Shown here: positions 59,001 to 64,000 of the stretch, piece by piece | Numbering within the stretch: the first letter of the stretch is position 1 | Layout of the letters: the number at the start of each line of letters is the position of its first letter | Source: Candidatus Omnitrophota bacterium | GTDB lineage: Bacteria > Omnitrophota > Gorgyraeia > Zapsychrales > JANLHA01 | Direction of reading: 5' to 3' | Assembly: GCA_022711395.1 (NCBI GenBank) | Contig: JAKLFA010000003.1 | Coordinates: 162,509-226,508 of the forward strand | Length of the DNA: 64,000 bases | Made by a program: the position numbers and the translations under genes | The notes under the pieces: model-generated | The model's input: only the letters and a program-made list of their open reading frames with translations | What the model was told of the DNA's origin: nothing | Database searches by the model: none

Positions 59001-60607
59001 TCACGGATCGGATCAATCGGAGGATTGGTCACCTGCGCGAAAAGCTGTTTAAAATAATTATATAAAAGCTGTGACTTCTTCGAAAGGACGGCCAAAGAGG
59101 TATCAGCGCCCATCGAACCTGTGGCCTCTTCGCCATTGACGATCATCGGAAAAATGATCATTTTAAGGTCTTCAAGGGTATAGCCAAACGCCCGCTGCCG
59201 CTGCAAAAGCGTCTTTAAGTCCGGTTCATGGTACCTCTTTGGATCCGGCAGGCTTTCCAGGTCCACAATATTCTTTTTCAGCCACTCGCCGTAAGGTTTT
59301 GCGGCTGAGCACTCTTTCTTAAGCTCCGCGTCGTCTACGATACGGCCCTGCTGCGTGTCGATCAAAAAGATCTTTCCGGGGCGCAGGCGTTCTTTGGCCC
59401 TGACCTGTTCCGGCGCGACCGGAAGAACGCCGGTCTCGGAAGCCATAATGACAACATCATCGCGGGTGACCGTGATCCGTGACGGGCGAAGGCCGTTACG
59501 GTCCAAGATCGCTCCGATATAGCGCCCATCAGTAAACGCGATGGATGCCGGGCCGTCCCATGGCTCCATCAGGCACGAATGATATTCATAAAAATCCTTT
59601 TTTTCCTGGGGCATACTCTCGTGGCCGGCCCAGGCCTCGGGGACCATCATCATCAACGCGTGAGGCAGGCTCCGGCCGGACAAGACCAAAAATTCCAGGG
59701 CGTTGTCAAAAGTCGCCGAGTCACTGACGTGCGGGACCACGACCGGCAGGGCCTTTTTTAATTCTTCATCGCTGAAGACCTGAGAAACAAAATTCTTCTC
59801 CCTCGCCCGCATCCAATTGAAATTGCCTCTTAATGTGTTGATCTCGCCGTTATGCGCGATCATCCGAAATGGGTGCGCCAGCGCCCAGGTCGGAAACGTG
59901 TTGGTGCTGTAGCGTGAATGCACCATCGCCAGGCCTGTTTCAAAATCCGGGTCCGCCAGGTCCGTAAAAAAACTGTCCACCTGGTCGGCCAATAGCTGCC
60001 CTTTATAAACGATCGTCTTCGCTGACAAACTGCAAAAATAAAAAGAACGTTTTTCTCTCAAGATCGATTCTTCGATCTTGTTGAACAGACTCTTGCGGAT
60101 CACATAAAGCTTCAGCTCAAACCGCTCCCGGGGGGTCTTCTCGCCCCGGCCGATAAAGATCTGCCGGAAGATCGGCATGCCGGAGCGGGCAACAGGCCCT
60201 ATCTTTTCCGGGTCGATGGGAACGTCCCGCCAGCCCAGAAAAACCTGCCCCTCCTGCCGGACCGCGCGCTCGATCCACTCCTGGATCGTATTGCGAGATT
60301 CCAGATTTCGGGGAAGGAATGTCATCCCGACGCCGTAATCCCCCTCACAGGGAAGATCGATGTTCAGCTTCGCGCATTCCTTGCGGAAAAATTTATCCGG
60401 CATCTGGACCAGGATCCCGGCCCCATCGCCAGTCAGAGGATCAGAACCGGTGGCGCCGCGGTGATTGAGGTTTTCAAGGATCTTGATGCCATCTCGGACC
60501 ATTTTATGCGTTTTATGTCCCTTCATATGACAAATAAAACCGACCCCGCAGCTGTCATGTTCGAAGAACGGATCATAAAGCCCTTGTTTTTCTGGATACT
60601 GATTCAT
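56051..60607 (-). CDS. gltB: Glutamate synthase large (alpha) subunit.
   Basis: 1518 aa. N-terminal Ntn amidotransferase Cys1 (CGVGF), central FMN/3Fe-4S domain and a C-terminal GXGXG beta-helix. Confidence 0.95.
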   Translation of the reverse strand: MNQYPEKQGLYDPFFEHDSCGVGFICHMKGHKTHKMVRDGIKILENLNHRGATGSDPLTGDGAGILVQMPDKFFRKECAKLNIDLPCEGDYGVGMTFLPRNLESRNTIQEWIERAVRQEGQVFLGWRDVPIDPEKIGPVARSGMPIFRQIFIGRGEKTPRERFELKLYVIRKSLFNKIEESILREKRSFYFCSLSAKTIVYKGQLLADQVDSFFTDLADPDFETGLAMVHSRYSTNTFPTWALAHPFRMIAHNGEINTLRGNFNWMRAREKNFVSQVFSDEELKKALPVVVPHVSDSATFDNALEFLVLSGRSLPHALMMMVPEAWAGHESMPQEKKDFYEYHSCLMEPWDGPASIAFTDGRYIGAILDRNGLRPSRITVTRDDVVIMASETGVLPVAPEQVRAKERLRPGKIFLIDTQQGRIVDDAELKKECSAAKPYGEWLKKNIVDLESLPDPKRYHEPDLKTLLQRQRAFGYTLEDLKMIIFPMIVNGEEATGSMGADTSLAVLSKKSQLLYNYFKQLFAQVTNPPIDPIREENVMSEQVVLGAEANLLEEMDAHARRIRLKRPLLTNRELEKIRDLKDPDFQSRTLSMTFEAALGKKGLEPALEDLFAQADKAIEEGCSILILSDRAMDKKNAPIPALLACSGLHQHLVRRQTRTKVSLVVETGEAREMHHFALLIGYGCNAINPYLIGEIIADHIARGLLPEGMTHADAVKNFLKSTRKGLFKIISKMGISTVQSYCGAQIFEAVGLSEELIGRYFTATVSRIGGIGIEDLAQEALMRHEAVYGDEVSPDAGVLDSGGFYHWRKNDEQHQINPFTIERLHYAVRTNNKEAYRQFAQYLNNYETNLTTIRGLLKFKKKKSIPIEEVEPASEIVKRFATGGMSYGSISREAHECLAIAMNRLGGYSNTGEGGEDPERFKRDPNGDFRRSRIKQVAQGRFGVTIEYLVNADQIQIKMAQGAKPGEGGQLPGHKVSSEIAKTRLTTPGVGLISPPPHHDIYSIEDLAQLIHDLKNANANADISVKLVSEVGVGTVAAGVSKGKADHVVISGCEGGTGASPQTSIKYAGLPMELGLAEAQQVLVMNDLRGRIRVQADGLIRTGRDVVITAMLGADEFGFATVALVAMGCMMLRKCHLNACSVGIATQDPQLRKKFEGKPEHVVNYFMFVAEEVREIMAELGFRTFKEMIGRVDMLETQEAIDHWKTKGIDLTYVLHKPDVHSHIAISCGEKQQHGLERALDNELIKHCKKAIETHRPVSFDSEISNVNRTVGTMLSSYIARMYGMQGLPEDTIKIHFTGSAGQSFGAFLARGVTFTLEGDANDYLGKGLSGGKIIVYPPKNAAFVPEHNILVGNVLLYGAICGEAYFRGVAGERFCVRNSGAMAVVEGAGDHCCEYMTGGRVVVLGPTGRNFGAGMSGGIAYVWDKEGDFRTRFNDGMADLFPVESAEDARELLQLIRSHYQYTGSSIARSVLDHWDEVLPQFVKVYPRDYRRVIEQGKAALAVEEEGVAVSDSQWE

Positions 60608-60619
60608 AAATAACCTCTT

Positions 60620-62299
60620 TTAATATTCCCTGTATTTATTAGTAATCGGCAGCCGCCAATCCTTACCGAACGCCCTGGGCGTTATCTTAACACCCGGCGG
60701 AGCCTGGCGGCGTTTATATTCACTCTGATCTACAAGCCGAAGCACCCTCTGCACGGTCTGTGGCTCCTTGATATGTTTTAAGATCTGTTTAAAAGAACGG
60801 TGCCGTTCAATATAATCCATCAGGATCTCATCCAAGACATCATACGGCGGCAGCGAATCCTGGTCAGTCTGGTTGGCTTTAAGCTCCGCCGAAGGCGCGC
60901 GGTCCAGAACAGACTGAGGGATGACCTGCCCACCTTCGATAGCATTACGGTACCGGGAAAGTTCATAAACGCGAGTCTTATAGATGTCTTTAATGACCGC
61001 GAAACCGCCTGACATGTCCCCGTAAAGCGTGCAATATCCGACCGCCATTTCGCTCTTATTGCCTGTCGTTAAGACCAGCCACCCCTGTTTATTGGACAAG
61101 GCCATCAAATAATTCCCTCGAATGCGGGCCTGTAAATTTTCTTCGGCAACGCCTTCAGGCAATCCCTTAAAAACGTCTTTCAACGCCACGCGATAAGCAT
61201 CAAACGTCGGATTGAGCGGGATCTCATGAAAACCGATCTTAAGATTTTCCGCAACCCGCCGGGCATCAGCGTATGTTCCAGCGCTCGTGTATTGGGATGG
61301 CATCGAAACGCCGACCACGTTTTCCCGTCCGATCGCATCCGCCGCAATACAGGCCACCAGGGACGAATCGATCCCGCCGCTTAAACCGACCACGACCTTC
61401 TTAAAACCGTTCTTAAGGACATAATCCCTCGTTCCCAGCACAAGCGCCTGGTAAATGCGCTCGATCTTTTCGCTTGCAGGGCGGACCTGAGCTGAGACCC
61501 CCGGCTTTTTTCCTTCCTTGCCGGAAAAAAGAGCGGCCACGTTCTTGTCGCGTTTCTTTTTGGAAACGACTGACGAGTCCACATCAAGCACAAGAAGGTC
61601 TTCTTCAAATAAACGGGCCGATGCCAGGACGTTCCCTTTGGGAGAATACGCGCAGCTGCCGCCGTCAAAAACGATCTCATCCTGGCCGCCCACGAGATTC
61701 ACATAAAACACGAACGCCTGCGCCTCTTTTGCCCGCCGGGCCAAAAGTTTCTGGCGGATCTCAAGCTTGCCGATATCATACGGTGAGCCGGACATGTTCA
61801 GCAAGATATCCGCACCCCGCTTGGCCTGCTCGATATGCGTTCCATCATCCGGCCAAATATCCTCACAAATGCTCAGGCCAATGCGGAGCTTCCCGAATTG
61901 GAACACCGGATTGTTCTCCCCCCGCACAAAATACCTTCGGTCATCAAAGACCCCGTAATTGGGCAAATGCTGCTTATGATAAATTCCGGCTATTTTTCCG
62001 TCGCTCAAAACAGCCGCGGCATTAAAGATCCGCCCGCTGCTGTCGCGGTCGACAAAGCCGACCACGGCGTTTATTCCGCGCGAATGGCGTTTCAAAGAGC
62101 GCAAAACCTTTATATTGTCCGCAATAAAATGCGGCTTTAAAACCAAGTCTTCCGGAGGATATCCGCACAACGTCATCTCCGGAAAGACCACACAATCAAC
62201 GCCCAAGCGTTTAGCACGTTCAATATTGGCGATTATTTTCTCACTATTACCTTTTAGATCGCCAACCGTTGTATTGATTTGAGCAAGCGCAATCCGCAT
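60620..62299 (-). CDS. nadE: Glutamine-dependent NAD+ synthetase (N-terminal CN-hydrolase domain + NAD synthetase domain).
   Basis: The nitrilase-type domain has E, K and C (CEDIWP). The C-terminal part has the PP-loop SGGIDS motif. 559 aa. Confidence 0.9.
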   Translation of the reverse strand: MRIALAQINTTVGDLKGNSEKIIANIERAKRLGVDCVVFPEMTLCGYPPEDLVLKPHFIADNIKVLRSLKRHSRGINAVVGFVDRDSSGRIFNAAAVLSDGKIAGIYHKQHLPNYGVFDDRRYFVRGENNPVFQFGKLRIGLSICEDIWPDDGTHIEQAKRGADILLNMSGSPYDIGKLEIRQKLLARRAKEAQAFVFYVNLVGGQDEIVFDGGSCAYSPKGNVLASARLFEEDLLVLDVDSSVVSKKKRDKNVAALFSGKEGKKPGVSAQVRPASEKIERIYQALVLGTRDYVLKNGFKKVVVGLSGGIDSSLVACIAADAIGRENVVGVSMPSQYTSAGTYADARRVAENLKIGFHEIPLNPTFDAYRVALKDVFKGLPEGVAEENLQARIRGNYLMALSNKQGWLVLTTGNKSEMAVGYCTLYGDMSGGFAVIKDIYKTRVYELSRYRNAIEGGQVIPQSVLDRAPSAELKANQTDQDSLPPYDVLDEILMDYIERHRSFKQILKHIKEPQTVQRVLRLVDQSEYKRRQAPPGVKITPRAFGKDWRLPITNKYREY

Positions 62300-62323
62300 A
62301 ACCCGTGCACCCTCTCAGCGCTT

Positions 62324-63019
62324 TTATATTAGATTAAGTAGATTATTATATATATTTTCTGATAATTGACAAAACTTTTCTTGGCTTTCAGCAAAATTTT
62401 TCACAAGGGATTGTTTTCGGTCACGATCCTCCTTGTTTTTTCCCAAAAAATACGCGTCCGCCCAAGCCTTGACCATATCCAGCGAAACTTCCATATGGCA
62501 TTGAAATCCATAGACTTTCGAACCTAACCGGAAGGCCTGATTGCGGCATTGGCTCCCTTCTAAAAGAAGCTCCGCCCCTTTAGGCAGATCAAACGTGTCG
62601 CCATGCCATTCAAAGTATTGTTCCTCCCGGTCAATGCCGAAAAACAACGGATCCTTACGGCCGGCCTCTGTTAAAACAAGCGTCCTAAACCCTATTTCTT
62701 CAACCGGCGAACGATAAACTTTTGCCCCGCAGGCCTTGGCAATAAGCTGCGCGCCAAGGCATAGGCCAAAGACCGGCACATCCTGTTCGATCAGGCCTTT
62801 TATGAATTCCGTTTCCGAACGCAAAAAAGAGAATTTCTCCTCCTCATAAACGTTCATCGGCCCCCCCAGGATCACGGCAAGTTCAATGTCATGCAGGTCC
62901 CGAGGAAGCGGTTCGCCCTGACTTAATTCAACCGTACGGCTAGAAAACCCTTTTTGGGTAAAAAAATGCCCTAGCGTGCCCGGACCTTCAATAGGAATAT
63001 TTTTTAAGTAAAGGATCAT
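62324..63019 (-). CDS. Class I glutamine amidotransferase-like protein (standalone GATase1 domain).
   Basis: Conserved nucleophile elbow (GLCLGAQ) and a His/Glu pair near the C-terminus. 24 bp upstream of nadE. Confidence 0.7.
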   Translation of the reverse strand: MILYLKNIPIEGPGTLGHFFTQKGFSSRTVELSQGEPLPRDLHDIELAVILGGPMNVYEEEKFSFLRSETEFIKGLIEQDVPVFGLCLGAQLIAKACGAKVYRSPVEEIGFRTLVLTEAGRKDPLFFGIDREEQYFEWHGDTFDLPKGAELLLEGSQCRNQAFRLGSKVYGFQCHMEVSLDMVKAWADAYFLGKNKEDRDRKQSLVKNFAESQEKFCQLSENIYNNLLNLI

Positions 63020-63273
63020 TGCGCCCTCTCAAGTTTAATAAAAAAGCGCAGCACGTAAAGAAGTTGTCACGCTTTACGGCTACGCTTAAATATCTTTACG
63101 CTTTTCTTTTCAGGGGGTGGGGGTGGGCTGCTGGGAGCCCACCCCACCAAAGGGATGCATCCCACACACTACATCCCATACCTTTAAGACAAGCGCACAC
63201 AATTATGCATTCGTCATAACCAAGATGTGCTGTCAAGGCTGTACAGATGCGCTCATGTGCGCCCGTACAGGAT

Positions 63274-64000
63274 TTAATACATAAACAGCATCTCGGCGTA
63301 AGACGGCACCGGCCAGAGGTCTTTAGGAACCAAACCTTCCAGCTCGTCGATCGGCTTGCGCACGGCCTTCATGGCAGCCTTGATCTTCGCGGAATCTGCT
63401 TTGGCAACAGCCTGATCCAATTTTTCAGTCAATGCCAAGGCCTCTTCAACGAGTCCTGTAACACTTTCAAGGAGCTTCCGCTGACCGGCCGCTTTGACCT
63501 TGCTTACAGCCTCAACGGATTTGATGGATTCAGCCAGCTCTTCTTGATAGGCCACAATAACCGGAACATACATGGTCTTGACCATATCTGAGGCCAACCG
63601 TCCCTCATAATCCAAGATCGTGTTATAGGTTTCAGAATAGACTTCATAACGGCTCAACAGCTCCGTCTTGTTTAACACACTATGACGGGCAAACAGATCA
63701 ATGACCTCTTTGCTCTTCATGAACGGCAAAGCTTCCGGTGTTGTCTTAAGATTGGGAAGGCCGCGTTTCTCGGCTTCCTTCACCCACTCTTCCGTATAGT
63801 TGTCACCGTTAAAAAGGATCCTCTTGTGCTTTTTGACGATCTTCTGCAAAAGCTTCTGAACAGCATCGTTAAAATCCTTTTTGCTGACCTTTTCAAGCTC
63901 ATCGCAGATCTCTGCCAAAGAATCGGCAACAATGATGTTCAATATCGTGTTCGGTCCGGAAAGGCTCTGATTCGAACCTGCGGCGCGGAACTCGAACTTG
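63274..64000 (-). CDS. C-terminal portion of a probable type III glutamine synthetase (GlnN-like). The ORF runs off the window edge and the N-terminus is not in the window.
   Basis: The in-frame ORF continues without a stop to position 64000 (...KFEFRAAGSNQSLSGPNTILNIIVAD...). The C-terminal helical region resembles GSIII C-terminal domains, and the neighbouring genes are nitrogen-assimilation genes. The ORF-track start at 63942 is a TTG inside this frame. Confidence 0.45.
   Translation of the reverse strand, partial: KFEFRAAGSNQSLSGPNTILNIIVADSLAEICDELEKVSKKDFNDAVQKLLQKIVKKHKRILFNGDNYTEEWVKEAEKRGLPNLKTTPEALPFMKSKEVIDLFARHSVLNKTELLSRYEVYSETYNTILDYEGRLASDMVKTMYVPVIVAYQEELAESIKSVEAVSKVKAAGQRKLLESVTGLVEEALALTEKLDQAVAKADSAKIKAAMKAVRKPIDELEGLVPKDLWPVPSYAEMLFMY

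Overview
This is a 64-kb bacterial chromosomal segment of roughly 55-58% GC. Genes are densely packed, mostly on the minus strand, and several pairs overlap by a few bases (ATGA-type start/stop overlaps). Core metabolism is well represented: a complete Pho regulon block (phoB, phoR, an embedded beta-barrel gene, pstS, pstC, pstA, two pstB copies and phoU), a nucleotide-biosynthesis block (pyrG, purF, carB, carA, rpe), and a nitrogen-assimilation block (a class I glutamine amidotransferase, nadE, gltB, gltD, plus a C-terminal fragment of a type III glutamine synthetase running off the window edge). Accessory content includes a murein-peptide recycling cluster (an NlpC/P60 endopeptidase, a DUF819 protein, a DAACS-family symporter, an M15B peptidase and an L-Ala-D/L-Glu epimerase). 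There is also a glycan-modification cluster (GT4, a radical-SAM/SPASM protein, an MBOAT, a DltD-like protein and a methyltransferase). A two-partner-secretion pair (tpsB then tpsA, about 1815 aa) sits next to tRNA-Glu, and the exoprotein carries an embedded C-type-lectin-like segment. A FIST sensor / GAF histidine kinase / REC-GGDEF signalling operon lies next to a small Flp/class-III-signal-peptide pilin-like gene. Two tRNAs, Glu(CUC) and Leu(GAG), are each flanked by partial tRNA-derived repeats and large inverted repeats. The most unusual feature is a single 8-kb gene (45058..53088, minus strand) encoding a 2676-aa protein with a Sec-type signal peptide. It carries an N-box/G1/G2 motif set in canonical order and spacing for a GHKL/Bergerat ATP-binding fold, a second degenerate copy of those motifs, and a C-terminal HExxH zincin-like motif; a TPR lipoprotein gene is adjacent. 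I could not match this architecture to any family I know. No CRISPR array, integrase or transposase was seen.
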